Shown here: one piece after another, positions 8,644 to 18,663 of the stretch
How the letters are laid out: each line of letters starts with the position of its first letter
How positions within the stretch are numbered: position 1 is the first letter of the stretch
Origin: an uncultured Anaerolinea sp.
GTDB lineage: Bacteria; Chloroflexota; Anaerolineae; JAAEKA01
NCBI GenBank assembly: GCA_964626845.1
Contig: CAZVGR010000014.1
Location: forward strand, 12,570 to 76,569
Direction of reading: 5' to 3'
Length of the DNA: 64,000 nucleotides
Position numbers and translations under genes: made by a program
The notes under the pieces: generated by a model
Databases searched by the model: none
What the model was told of the DNA's origin: nothing
What the model saw: the letters and a program-made list of their open reading frames with translations, nothing else

Positions 8644-10689
8644 ATGTTTCGCTCGCTGCTTGTCCTGCTTCTGTTAGCCTCGCTGTTGGTAGCTGCCTGT
8701 GGCTCCCCGGCCCCGGCCCAACCCGCTCCGACCGAACCTGCCCCCGCCCAGCCTGCCCCGGCTGAGCCTGCCCCCGCTCAACCTGCTCCGGCTGAGCCCG
8801 AGCCTACTCAACCAGCGCCCGCCGAGCCGGTGTCTGCGCCATCCAAATACAACGAAGCGCCCATGTTGGCGGCGCTGGTGGCCAGCGGCGACCTGCCGCC
8901 GGTGGACGAGCGCTTGCCCGAAGAGCCGCTGGTGCATCCAGTCGCCGAGATCGGCAAATACGGCGGCACGCTGCGCCGCGGCTTCACCGGGCCCGGCGAC
9001 CACAACAACTACACGCGCCTGTCCTACGACGCGCTGGTGCGCTTCTCGCCCGACGGCGCCGAGGTCATCCCCCATATCGCCAAGGGGTGGGAGTCCAACG
9101 AAGACTTCTCAGTGTGGCGGGTTTTCCTGCGCGAGGGCATGAAGTGGTCGGACGGCGCGCCCTTCACGGCTGACGACATCCTGTTCTGGTACGAGCACAT
9201 CCTGCTCAACACCGACTTGATGCCCAGCGTGCCTGGCTGGATGATGAACAGCGACGGCACAGTGGCCAGGGTCGAGAAGTTGGATGATTACACCGTCCAA
9301 TGGACTTACGCCCAACCCAACACGGCCTTCCTGCTGGACCTGGCTAACAAAGACGGCGCCGACAGGTCGATCACCAACCTGGCCTTCGTGCCGGCCCATT
9401 ACCTCCAGGACTTCCATCCTGCGTTCACCGAACAGGCTGCGCTGGATGCCGTGGTCAAGGAGCGAGGCTTCGACACCTGGACCGAGCTGTTTGCCGTGGA
9501 GGCCATGCCGCACCTGAGCGGCAAGCGGCCCAGCACGGCAGCTTGGGTGCCGGACAACTCGACGGTGGCCGACCCGGTCTTCCGGCTCAAGCGCAATCCC
9601 TATTACTTCGCCGTGGACCAGGCTGGCAACCAGTTGCCCTACCTGGACGATGTGCGCTACACCTTCTTCGCGGACGTTGCAGCCCTGAACCTGGCTGCAG
9701 TGGGCGGCGAGATCGACATGCAGGGCCGCCACATCCAGATGAGCAACTACCCGGTGCTGGTGGAAAACGCCGAGAAGGGCGGCTACAACGTATTGACCTG
9801 GCCTACGTTCGGCGGTTCGGATGCGGTGCTGATGTTCAACCAGACCTTCAACGCCGACCCTGGCATCGCCGCGCTGTTGCAGAGCAAGGACTTCCGCATC
9901 GCCATGTCGCACTCCATTGACCGCGAGTCGATCAAGGAGCTGGCCTTCCTGGGCATCGGCGAGGCGCGCCAGGGTGTGCCCGCGCCCAACCACCCCTACT
10001 ACCCCGGCGATGAGTACGCCTTCAAGTACACCGAGTACGACACCGCTAAGGCCAACGAAATCCTGGATGGGCTGGGCTTGACCGGCCGCGACGGTGAGGG
10101 TTTCCGCACCCTGCCCGACGGCGGCCGGCTGGATATCGAGATCCAGGTCATCCCCGCCTTTGCCAACTGGCCCGACATTGGCCAGATCATCGTGCAAAAC
10201 TGGGCCGACGTGGGCGTGCGCGCCCACATCGAGACCCGCGAGCGCGCCTTGGGCTTCCAGATGCGCAACACCAACGACCTGATGGTGGAGATCTGGAACG
10301 AGGACACCACCGCCTTCCCCTTCAGCGGCCAGCCTAAGATGGACCCGCGCAGCGATCCGGCCCTAACCCTGGCGCCGCTGGTGCGCCAGTGGTACCTGAG
10401 CGGCGGCGCTGAGGGTGTCGAGCCGACGCCAGAGCTGGCCCGGCTGGTGGAGATCATCGACGAGGCCAAGCTGTCCGGCCGCGAGCGCCAGATCGAGCTG
10501 GCCCAGGAGTTGTTCCGTCTCTGGGCTGACAACATCTGGGAGATCGGCACCGTCGGCCTGACCCCCATGGTGCAGGGTGTGGTCGTGGTCAACCAGGACC
10601 TGCGCAACGTGCCTGAGACGGCCGGCAACGACTGGCCGCTGCGCACGCCCGGCAACACCCGGCCGGAGACGTTCTTCTTCGACCGGTAG
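8644..10689 (+). CDS. ABC transporter substrate-binding lipoprotein, family 5 (Opp/Dpp-like)
   Basis: Start ATG 8644 after AGGAGG. Lipoprotein signal (LLVAAC). PAPAQPAPAEP tandem linker, then SBP_bac_5 domain. Confidence 0.85.
   Translation: MFRSLLVLLLLASLLVAACGSPAPAQPAPTEPAPAQPAPAEPAPAQPAPAEPEPTQPAPAEPVSAPSKYNEAPMLAALVASGDLPPVDERLPEEPLVHPVAEIGKYGGTLRRGFTGPGDHNNYTRLSYDALVRFSPDGAEVIPHIAKGWESNEDFSVWRVFLREGMKWSDGAPFTADDILFWYEHILLNTDLMPSVPGWMMNSDGTVARVEKLDDYTVQWTYAQPNTAFLLDLANKDGADRSITNLAFVPAHYLQDFHPAFTEQAALDAVVKERGFDTWTELFAVEAMPHLSGKRPSTAAWVPDNSTVADPVFRLKRNPYYFAVDQAGNQLPYLDDVRYTFFADVAALNLAAVGGEIDMQGRHIQMSNYPVLVENAEKGGYNVLTWPTFGGSDAVLMFNQTFNADPGIAALLQSKDFRIAMSHSIDRESIKELAFLGIGEARQGVPAPNHPYYPGDEYAFKYTEYDTAKANEILDGLGLTGRDGEGFRTLPDGGRLDIEIQVIPAFANWPDIGQIIVQNWADVGVRAHIETRERALGFQMRNTNDLMVEIWNEDTTAFPFSGQPKMDPRSDPALTLAPLVRQWYLSGGAEGVEPTPELARLVEIIDEAKLSGRERQIELAQELFRLWADNIWEIGTVGLTPMVQGVVVVNQDLRNVPETAGNDWPLRTPGNTRPETFFFDR
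8701..8830 (+). repeat. In-frame tandem DNA repeat encoding the Pro/Ala-rich linker (PAPAQPAPAEP)n of the binding protein
   Basis: ~33-bp period visible in sequence. Confidence 0.7.
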
Positions 10690-11044
10690 ACCATGGCAGA
10701 GGAACTCAGAGGATCTGAGGAAACTCTCGCCGCAACGTGATCAGACATCTGACCCGCTCAGTGTGGCTCGAATATGTCATGCTGAGGCCGCCGAAGCATC
10801 TCCGCCCACAGCGCCGGAGACCCTTCGCCGAGCCTCAGGGTGACAGGACTGAGATGTCATGCTGAGCGGGTCGGACGGCCAAGGTTGTTGACGCACGCAA
10901 CGTCGCTGGCGGCCAACTGCCTTTGACGCACGCAACGCCAGCGAAGCATCCCCACACCTCATGCCGCAAGGGACGCTTCGCTGGCGAGTCGCCGCATGGT
11001 GTGTTGCGTGCCAGACCCGCTCAGCGTGACATCGGACCATCCCC
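10690..11044 (+). other. 356-bp intra-operon spacer dense in direct and inverted sub-repeats (GACCCGCTCAGC, GTCATGCTGAG, GACGCACGCAACG, CCAGCGAAGCATCC)
   Basis: Each motif occurs 2-3 times in both orientations. No ORF. Confidence 0.6.
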
Positions 11045-12031
11045 ATGATCCAACACATCATCAAACGCCTGCTGTTGCTGCCGGTGCTGCTCTTCATCTT
11101 CTCGGTCTTCGCCTTCGTCATCATCCAGGCCCCGCCGGGCGACTTTGTCACCAGCTACATCGCCGAGCTGGCTGCGTCTGGCTCGTCTATGGACCGGGTG
11201 CAGATCGACGCGCTGCGCGAGCAGTATGGCCTGGACCAGCCGGCCTACGTGCAATATAGCAAGTGGATCAGCCGCATCGTGCGCGGCGACCTGGGGGTGT
11301 CGCTGGACTGGCAGCGGCCCATCCGCCAGTTAATTGGCGAGCGGCTGGCGTTGACGGTGATCCTGGGCTTGATGACCTTCTTCTTTAGCTGGGTGCTGGC
11401 CGTGCCCATCGGCATCATCTCCGCGGTCAAGAAGTACTCACTGATCGACTACTTCCTGACCGTCTTCAACTATATCGGCGTCGCCACGCCGAGCTTCATG
11501 GTGGCGCTGATCGCCATGTGGCTGGCCTTCTCCTGGTTCGGCGTCAGCGTCACCGGCCTCTTCTCGCCAGAGTTCGTCGATGCTCCATGGAGCCTGGCGC
11601 GGGTGGCGGACATGCTCAAACACATGTGGCTACCCGTCCTGATCCTGACCCTGGGCGGCACGGCGCGCCTGGCCCGCATCATGCGCGCCAACCTGCTGGA
11701 CGAGCTGAACAAGCCCTACGTCGAAATGGCGCGCGCCAAGGGCATGTCGGAGTGGAAGCTGATCATGAAGTACCCGGTGCGGGTGGCCATCAACCCGCTG
11801 GTCAGCACCATCGGCTGGTTCCTGCCGCTGATCTTCTCCGGCAGCCTGGTGGTGGCCACGGTACTCAACCTGCCCACCATCGGCCCCATGTTCCTGCGCT
11901 CGCTGACCAACCAGGACATGTTCCTGGCCGGCGCCATCGTGCTGATCTACTGTATGCTGGCCATCATCGGCACGCTGATCTCCGACATCCTGCTGGCCTG
12001 GCTGGACCCGCGCATCCGGATGGAGGGCTGA
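11045..12031 (+). CDS. ABC transporter permease (DppB/OppB-like)
   Basis: 328 aa, multi-TM. ABC TM permease signature region. Confidence 0.85.
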   Translation: MIQHIIKRLLLLPVLLFIFSVFAFVIIQAPPGDFVTSYIAELAASGSSMDRVQIDALREQYGLDQPAYVQYSKWISRIVRGDLGVSLDWQRPIRQLIGERLALTVILGLMTFFFSWVLAVPIGIISAVKKYSLIDYFLTVFNYIGVATPSFMVALIAMWLAFSWFGVSVTGLFSPEFVDAPWSLARVADMLKHMWLPVLILTLGGTARLARIMRANLLDELNKPYVEMARAKGMSEWKLIMKYPVRVAINPLVSTIGWFLPLIFSGSLVVATVLNLPTIGPMFLRSLTNQDMFLAGAIVLIYCMLAIIGTLISDILLAWLDPRIRMEG

Positions 12032-12034
12032 CCC

Positions 12035-13309
12035 ATGACTGAACACCCAGAGCCTCAGTCCTCCTTCGGCCGCAGGCTAGTCGACAATCTGCAAGAGGCA
12101 TCCTCGGTCTCCTACCAGCCCATGGTGCGGCAAGACGAGGAAGCCGCGCTGGCGCCGATGGGCGCAACGACCCAGGGCGCCGAGGCATTCTACGTAGCGC
12201 CCAACTGGAAACTGGTCTGGTGGCGCTTCAAAAAGCATCGCCTGGCCATGATCAGCGGCGTGGTCATGATCTTTATCACGATCATTGCGCTGGTCCCCGA
12301 CTTCTTCGCCACCCAGGACCCCAACGCCACCGCCGCCCTGGAGTCGTTCATCCCGGTACAGCGGGTGCATTTCTTCGATGAGCGCCGGCTCAGCCCCTTT
12401 GTCTTCGGCGCAGTCGGTCAGCGCAACCCCAAGTCGCTGCGGGTCGAATGGACGATCGACGAAGAGGTCAAGATACCGGTACAATTCTTCACGCGCGGCT
12501 ATCCCTACAAGATATTGGGCGTGATCTCCACCGACATCCATTTGATTGGCGTCGCGCCCACCGAAGAGCAGGCAGCAATCCGCCAGGCCGCGGCCAGCGG
12601 CGAGCGCATCAGCCAGGGCATCCATCTGCTGGGCACCGACCGCCTGGGACGCGACCAGTGGTCGCGGCTGATGTTCGGCACGCGCGTCTCGCTGTCCATC
12701 GGCCTGTTTGCGGTGGCTGTCAGCACGGTGCTGGGCATCTTTCTGGGCGGCATCTCCGGCTATTTCGGCGGCACGATCGATATGATCGTACAGCGCACCA
12801 TCGAGATCCTGCAGTCGCTGCCGGCCATTCCGATCTGGCTGGCCCTGACGGCCGCGCTGCCCCGCACCTGGTCAGTGGAGCAGACCTACTTCGCTATCAC
12901 TATCATCCTGGCGCTGCTGGGCTGGACGACGCTGGCGCGCGAGATTCGCGGGCGCTTTCTGACGCTACGCGAGGAAGACTTCATCGTGGCAGCCAAACTG
13001 TCGGGCTGCAGCCAGCAGCGCGTCATCTTCCGCCACATGGCGCCCACCATGTCCAGCCACATCATCGCCGCCGTCACCCTGGCCATCCCGGTTATGATCA
13101 TCAACGAGACCTTTCTCAGCTTCCTGGGCCTGGGCCTGCGGCCGCCGGCCATCAGTTGGGGCGTGCTGCTGCAAGAGGCGCAGAACCTGCAATCTATCGC
13201 CCTGGCTCCGTGGCTCTTGTTGCCCGGCCTGGTGGTCATCATCACCGTGCTGGCCCTCAACATCTTGGGCGATGGCCTGCGCGACGCGGCCGACCCGTAT
13301 ACGAGCTGA
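12035..13309 (+). CDS. ABC transporter permease (DppC/OppC-like) with N-terminal extension
   Basis: 424 aa. OppC_N-like extension then permease domain. Confidence 0.85.
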   Translation: MTEHPEPQSSFGRRLVDNLQEASSVSYQPMVRQDEEAALAPMGATTQGAEAFYVAPNWKLVWWRFKKHRLAMISGVVMIFITIIALVPDFFATQDPNATAALESFIPVQRVHFFDERRLSPFVFGAVGQRNPKSLRVEWTIDEEVKIPVQFFTRGYPYKILGVISTDIHLIGVAPTEEQAAIRQAAASGERISQGIHLLGTDRLGRDQWSRLMFGTRVSLSIGLFAVAVSTVLGIFLGGISGYFGGTIDMIVQRTIEILQSLPAIPIWLALTAALPRTWSVEQTYFAITIILALLGWTTLAREIRGRFLTLREEDFIVAAKLSGCSQQRVIFRHMAPTMSSHIIAAVTLAIPVMIINETFLSFLGLGLRPPAISWGVLLQEAQNLQSIALAPWLLLPGLVVIITVLALNILGDGLRDAADPYTS

Positions 13310-13377
13310 TGATTGGGTGACTGGGTGATTGACTGCCACCCTTGCCACCTGCCACCTGCATCCTGCAACCTGCAACC
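13310..13377. repeat. Heptamer tandem repeats (TGGGTGA, then TGCCACC/TGCAACC)
   Basis: Direct inspection. Occupies the junction between the permease and ATPase genes. Confidence 0.8.
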
Positions 13378-14412
13378 ATGAACCAACCTTTGCTTTCGGT
13401 GCGCAACCTAAAGACCTACTTCTTCCTGGACGAAGGCATCGTCAAGGCCGTAGATGGCCTGAGTTTCGACGTCTACCCCGGCCAGGTGGTGGGCATCGTC
13501 GGCGAGAGCGGCTGCGGCAAGAGCGTGGCCATCAAGTCGGTACTGCGCATCGTGCCGCCACCCGGCCGCACGGCCCAAGGGCAGATCCTCTACCGGCCAC
13601 AGAAGCAGGCCAGCTATGAAGGCGTCGGGCCTGAAGGCGCCATCGACCTGGTGCAGTTGAACGAGCGCGGCAAGCAGATGCGGGCGCTGCGCGGGGCCGA
13701 GATCGCCCTCATCCCGCAGGAGCCGATGGCCTCCTTCAGCCCGGTACACACCATCGGCAACCAGCTCATCGAGGCCATCCGCCTGCACCAGCCGGTCGGC
13801 AAGAAGGAGGCCTGGCAGATCGCCGTGGAACGCATGCGCGAGGTGGGGGTGCCCAGCCCCGAACAGCGCATGAACGCCTACTCCTGGGAGCTGAGCGGCG
13901 GGCTGCGCCAGCGGGCCATGATCGCCATGGCGCTGTCGTGCAACCCCAGCCTGCTGATCGCCGACGAGCCGACCACAGCCATCGACGTGACCACCCAGGC
14001 CCAGGTGCTGACCTTGCTCAAAGGCCTACAGGCCGAGCGCCAGATGGCTATCATCTTCATCACCCACGACCTGGGCGTGATCGCGCAAATGGCCGATTGG
14101 GTGGTAGTGATGTACCTGGGGCGGGTGATGGAGCAGGGGCCGGCCGACGACATCTTCCACAGCCCGCAGCATCCCTACACCCGGGCGCTGCTGGAGTCGA
14201 TTCCCACCGTCCATTCAGCCGCGCGCACCTTCCTGCCCACCATTGCGGGCTCGATCCCGCATCCCTTCAACCGGCCGCCTGGCTGCCCTTACTACCCGCG
14301 CTGCGCCGAGTTCATGCCCGGCGTCTGCGACCAGCGCACCCCGGCCGCGCAGCCCATCGGCGAACGCCAATTGGTGAGCTGCTTCCTGCACCACGATGTG
14401 GCGGATGAGTGA
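13378..14412 (+). CDS. ABC transporter ATP-binding protein (DppD/OppD-like)
   Basis: Walker A GESGCGKS, signature LSGGLRQR, Walker B LLIADEPTTAIDV. Start ATG 13378 (MNQPLL). Confidence 0.85.
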   Translation: MNQPLLSVRNLKTYFFLDEGIVKAVDGLSFDVYPGQVVGIVGESGCGKSVAIKSVLRIVPPPGRTAQGQILYRPQKQASYEGVGPEGAIDLVQLNERGKQMRALRGAEIALIPQEPMASFSPVHTIGNQLIEAIRLHQPVGKKEAWQIAVERMREVGVPSPEQRMNAYSWELSGGLRQRAMIAMALSCNPSLLIADEPTTAIDVTTQAQVLTLLKGLQAERQMAIIFITHDLGVIAQMADWVVVMYLGRVMEQGPADDIFHSPQHPYTRALLESIPTVHSAARTFLPTIAGSIPHPFNRPPGCPYYPRCAEFMPGVCDQRTPAAQPIGERQLVSCFLHHDVADE

Positions 14413-14425
14413 GGCGTGAAACGTG

Positions 14426-15547
14426 ATGCGTGAAGAAGACCTGCCGCCCATGACTAACTCCCAGTTCCCTCCAGTTCCTCTGAGTTCCGCCGTTGCTGCC
14501 CAAAACGGCCGCAACCTGCTGCTGGAGGTCAACGATCTCAAGAAGTACTTCCCCATCAAGGAAGGCTTCGTCAAGAAGATCGTCGGCTTCGTGCGCGCCG
14601 TGGACCAGGTCAGCTTTCACATCTACGAGGGCGAAACGCTGGGGCTGGTGGGCGAGAGCGGCTGCGGCAAGACCACCACAGCTCGCTGCATCCTGCGCGC
14701 CATCGATCCCACCTCCGGCCAGATCCGCTTTCGCCTTGGCTCCGGCGAGATGGTCGATGTGGCGGCGCTGTCGGCTGGCCAGATGCGGCCGCTGCGCCGC
14801 GAGATGCAGATGATCTTTCAAGATCCCTACGCCTCGCTCAACCCGCGCATGACCCTGCTGGACATCGTGGGGGAGCCGCTACTGGTGGTAGATGGCATGA
14901 AAAGCCGGCAAGAGCGGCAGGCTCGGGTGGAGGAACTGCTCAAGCTGGTGGGGCTGCGGCCGGAGTACATGCAGCGCTATCCCCACGCCTTCAGCGGCGG
15001 CCAGCGCCAGCGCATCGTCATCGCCCGCGCCCTGGCTCTCAACCCGCGCTTCGTGGTGGCCGACGAGCCGGTCTCGGCCCTGGATGTGTCGGTGCAGGCC
15101 CAGGTGCTGAACCTGCTGCTCAAGCTGCAACAAGAGCTGCACCTGACCTACCTCTTCGTGGCCCACGACCTGAGCGTGGTCAAGCACATCTGCGACCGGG
15201 TGGCGGTGATGTACGTGGGCAAGATCGTGGAGACCGCGCCGACGCGCGAGCTGTTTTTCGCTCCCAAGCATCCCTACACGGCTGCGCTGATGTCGGCCGT
15301 GCCGGTGGCCAACCCGCGCATTCGCGCCCGCATGACCCCGCTGGAAGGGGACGTGCCCAGCCCGGCCAAGCCGCCATCAGGCTGCTATTTCCACCCCCGC
15401 TGCCGCTTCGCCGTCGATGTCTGCAAGAGCGACGCGCCGCCGCTGCACGAGTTCCAGCCGGGCCACTTCGTCGCCTGCCATCGAGCAAGCGAGCTGGAGC
15501 TGATCGGCATCGGCGATGCGCCAATCATCGGGGAGTTACAACCGTGA
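14426..15547 (+). CDS. ABC transporter ATP-binding protein (DppF/OppF-like)
   Basis: Walker [10 protein letters not shown], signature FSGGQRQR, Walker [13 protein letters not shown]. Confidence 0.85.
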   Translation: MREEDLPPMTNSQFPPVPLSSAVAAQNGRNLLLEVNDLKKYFPIKEGFVKKIVGFVRAVDQVSFHIYEGETLGLVGESGCGKTTTARCILRAIDPTSGQIRFRLGSGEMVDVAALSAGQMRPLRREMQMIFQDPYASLNPRMTLLDIVGEPLLVVDGMKSRQERQARVEELLKLVGLRPEYMQRYPHAFSGGQRQRIVIARALALNPRFVVADEPVSALDVSVQAQVLNLLLKLQQELHLTYLFVAHDLSVVKHICDRVAVMYVGKIVETAPTRELFFAPKHPYTAALMSAVPVANPRIRARMTPLEGDVPSPAKPPSGCYFHPRCRFAVDVCKSDAPPLHEFQPGHFVACHRASELELIGIGDAPIIGELQP

Positions 15548-16551
15548 CCACCATCCGCTGGGGTATCATCGGCTGCGGCGACGTGACCGAGGTCAAAAGC
15601 GGGCCTGGGTTCCAGAAGGCAGACGGCTCGGCGCTGGTGGCCGTGATGCGGCGCAACGCTGCGCTGGCCGAGGACTACGCACGCCGCCACGGCGTGCCCC
15701 GCTGGTACGCCGACGCGCAGTCGCTGATCGACGATCCGCAGGTGGATGCGGTCTACGTGGCCACGCCGCCCTCGACACACAAGCACTACACGCTGCTGGC
15801 CGCCCAGGCGGGCAAGCCGGTCTACGTCGAGAAGCCCATGGCGCTGAACCACGCCGAGTGCCAGGCGATGATCGACGCCTGCCGGGTCGCAGGCGTGCCG
15901 CTGTTCGTGGCCTATTACCGCCGCGCGCTGCCCCGCTTCGTCAAGATCAAGCAACTGTTGGACAGCGGCGCCATCGGCGCGGTACGTTTCGTCACTATCA
16001 CCCTTTACCAGCCGGCGCGGCCTGCTGAGCTGGAGCCGGCCAGCCTGCCCTGGCGCGTCCAGCCGGAGATCGCGGGCGGCGGCCACTTCGTCGACCTGGC
16101 CTCGCACACGCTGGACTTCCTGGACTACGTGCTGGGGCCGGTCCGAGCGGTGCAGGGCTTCGCCGGCAACCAGGCTAATCACTACCCAGCCGAGGATATC
16201 GTCACCGGCAGCTTCGTCTTTCAGTCAGGCGTGCAGGGTGCAGGCGTCTGGTGTTTCAGCGCCTACGACGCCCGCGACTCGGTGGAGATCGTCGGCGAGC
16301 AGGGCAAGATCAGCTTCTCTACCTTCGGCGCCGACGACTCGATGCGCCTGGTCACGCCCGACGGCGAGTGTGAGTTCTTCATCCCTCACCCGCCCCACGT
16401 GCAGCAGCCGCTGATCCAGACCGTGGTCGACGAACTGCTGGGACGCGGCCGCTGCCCCAGCACCGGCGACAGCGCCGCGCGCACAAGCTGGGTGATGGAT
16501 CGGATGCTATCAGTTCGGTTGATCGCCGATGCACAGAACAAGCCGACTTGA
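15544..16551 (+). CDS. Gfo/Idh/MocA family oxidoreductase
   Basis: GTG start overlapping the upstream stop (GTGA). N-terminal Rossmann motif '[11 protein letters not shown]' and EKP motif. Confidence 0.85.
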   Translation: MTTIRWGIIGCGDVTEVKSGPGFQKADGSALVAVMRRNAALAEDYARRHGVPRWYADAQSLIDDPQVDAVYVATPPSTHKHYTLLAAQAGKPVYVEKPMALNHAECQAMIDACRVAGVPLFVAYYRRALPRFVKIKQLLDSGAIGAVRFVTITLYQPARPAELEPASLPWRVQPEIAGGGHFVDLASHTLDFLDYVLGPVRAVQGFAGNQANHYPAEDIVTGSFVFQSGVQGAGVWCFSAYDARDSVEIVGEQGKISFSTFGADDSMRLVTPDGECEFFIPHPPHVQQPLIQTVVDELLGRGRCPSTGDSAARTSWVMDRMLSVRLIADAQNKPT

Positions 16552-16593
16552 CGAGCGATCATCGAATGCGGAGCTTATCTTCCATGTGAGGTC

Positions 16594-16710
16594 GCCGGGG
16601 GATAAATCCCACCGGCTATAGAACTGCGCCGGATCAATCCGGCTACATCTGCGCACACCTTAGCCCCGTTGACGGGGCGCTGCTGGATAGCCGGTGGGAT
16701 TCATCCCCCG
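16594..16710. mobile_element. MITE-like element with 27-bp terminal inverted repeats (CGCCGGGGGATAAATCCCACCGGCTAT / ATAGCCGGTGGGATTCATCCCCCGGCG) and internal hairpins
   Basis: Arms match at 26 of 27 positions. Core contains hairpins gccgga-tcaa-tccggc and ccccg-ttga-cgggg. Confidence 0.5.
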
Positions 16711-16830
16711 GCGGCTGCCGCTCACGCACAAGGTGCATGTCAGCCGCGATCTACACCAGTATGTACGGATCGCCAATCCACCGGTCAAAGCTAATACCAA
16801 CCGCCCAGTAGCTAAACGTATCCGCGCACC

Positions 16831-17259
16831 ATGAACTACGTCTTTCCCACCACCAACCCACGCCGCTACCGCTTCCCCACCCACGCCAACGACCTGGTGA
16901 TGGACCGCGCCGAGGCGGCCACCAGCGAGGTCTTCATCGTCGAGATGGCGCCGGGCGAGGCGCCGCCGCGCCACCACCACGACGACATGGAGCAGATCTT
17001 CTACGTGCTGGCCGGCCAGGGCCGGCTGGAGATCGGCGACCCCACCGAGAGCGCGACGATCCATCCCGGCGACGTGGTGCGTATCCCCGTCTCCACCTGG
17101 CACACCGTCCACTGCCTGGGCGACGAGCCCTTACGCTACCTGGCCGTGGACTGCTTCATCGCTGGCCGTCCCGCCGCCGAGCCCACCTGGGACGACCACG
17201 TGCGCGTGGTGTGCCAGGAGCAAGGCTGGGACTACGATACCATCAGAAATGGTCAATGA
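16831..17259 (+). CDS. Cupin domain protein
   Basis: 142 aa. Cupin motifs (PPRHHHDDMEQIFYVLAG ... PVSTWHTV). Confidence 0.7.
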   Translation: MNYVFPTTNPRRYRFPTHANDLVMDRAEAATSEVFIVEMAPGEAPPRHHHDDMEQIFYVLAGQGRLEIGDPTESATIHPGDVVRIPVSTWHTVHCLGDEPLRYLAVDCFIAGRPAAEPTWDDHVRVVCQEQGWDYDTIRNGQ

Positions 17260-17345
17260 TCAATGGTCACTTGCCAATTGTCAATACTCAGAGCTTGCCA
17301 GCCATTGACAATTGACCATTGGACATTGAGATTTGGACATTAATC

Positions 17346-18530
17346 ATGCGCATCACCCCCCGCTTCCCCGACCTCCTCGCGATTTACCGCGCCGAGCTGC
17401 TGGAGCGCGTCGTGCCCTTCTGGCTGCGCCACGCCATCGACCGCCAGCACGGCGGCCTGTTGACCTGCATCGCCGACGACGGGGCCGTGCTGAGCACCGA
17501 CAAGTATCTCTGGTCGCAACTGCGCGCCGTCTGGACCTTCTCCGCGCTCTACAACCGCATCGAGCCGCGGCCGGAGTGGCTGGACGTCGCCCGCCACGTC
17601 TACGACTTTGCCAGCCGCTATGGCCGCGACGACGAGGGGCGCTGGGCCTTCGCCGTGGATCAGGACGGCCGCGTGCTGCAAGGCGCGGACAGCATTTTTG
17701 CCGACGGCTTTGCCATCTACGGCCTGACCGAGCTGGCCCGCGCCACCGGCGACCAGGCTGTCATCGACCTGGCGCTGGCGACCTACGCCAACGTGCAGCG
17801 GCGGCTGGCTGCGCCTGGATCCTACGGCATCGGCCCCTTCACCCTGCCTCCTGACGCCAAGGCCCACGCCGTCTCCATGATCTTTGCCCTGGTCTTCGAC
17901 GAGCTGGGCCAGTTGCTGGGCGACCAGGCCATCATCGCGGCCGGCCGCGCCCATGCCGATGAGGTGATGGACGCCTTCCTACGGCCCGACCGGCGCGTGC
18001 TCTACGAGTATGTCCACCTGGATAACACACTGATCGACACCCCGCAGGGCCGCGCAATCGTGCCCGGCCACGCCATCGAGTCCATGTGGTTCATGATTGA
18101 GATCTACCAGCGGGCCGGCCAGCCTGAGCGCGTCTGCCAGGCCGTGGAGGCGATCCGCTGGCACCTGGAGCTGGGCTGGGACGACGAGTACGGCGGCATC
18201 GTCCACGCCCGCGACGCGGCCGGCGGGCAGCCCTGGTGGCGCTTCGCCGACGCCAAGCTGTGGTGGCCGCAGACCGAGGCGCTGACCGCCCTGCTACTGG
18301 CCTGGGAGCACAGCCGCGAGCCGTGGTGCCTGGACTGGTTCGCCCGCGTCCACGACTATGCTTTCCACCACTACCCGGTGCCGCAGCATGGCGAATGGAC
18401 CCAGCGCCTGGACCGCCAGGGCCGCCCCTTCAACGCGACCGTGGCCCTGCCCGTCAAGGACCCGTTCCACCTGCCGCGCGCGCTGATCTACTGTGTTGGC
18501 GCGTTGCAGCGGCTGGCGGGGCAGGCGTAA
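17346..18530 (+). CDS. N-acylglucosamine 2-epimerase (AGE) family protein
   Basis: Start ATG 17346 (MRITPRF). (alpha/alpha)6-barrel AGE-family motifs. Confidence 0.8.
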   Translation: MRITPRFPDLLAIYRAELLERVVPFWLRHAIDRQHGGLLTCIADDGAVLSTDKYLWSQLRAVWTFSALYNRIEPRPEWLDVARHVYDFASRYGRDDEGRWAFAVDQDGRVLQGADSIFADGFAIYGLTELARATGDQAVIDLALATYANVQRRLAAPGSYGIGPFTLPPDAKAHAVSMIFALVFDELGQLLGDQAIIAAGRAHADEVMDAFLRPDRRVLYEYVHLDNTLIDTPQGRAIVPGHAIESMWFMIEIYQRAGQPERVCQAVEAIRWHLELGWDDEYGGIVHARDAAGGQPWWRFADAKLWWPQTEALTALLLAWEHSREPWCLDWFARVHDYAFHHYPVPQHGEWTQRLDRQGRPFNATVALPVKDPFHLPRALIYCVGALQRLAGQA

Positions 18531-18640
18531 TGCGTAATGCGTAACCCGTAACCCGGAAAGGCTCGCCGACGAGATCTCTGGTTACGGATTACGAGTTACG
18601 TGTTACGAGTTACGAGTTACGAGTTACGTGTTACAAGCAA
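18529..18640. repeat. Inverted heptamer arrays (TAATGCG/TAACCCG ... GTTACGA/GTTACGT) flanking hairpin core CGTAACCCGG...GGTTACG
   Basis: Direct inspection. Confidence 0.85.
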
Positions 18641-18663
18641 ACACCCGCCATCGAAAGGCGCCT

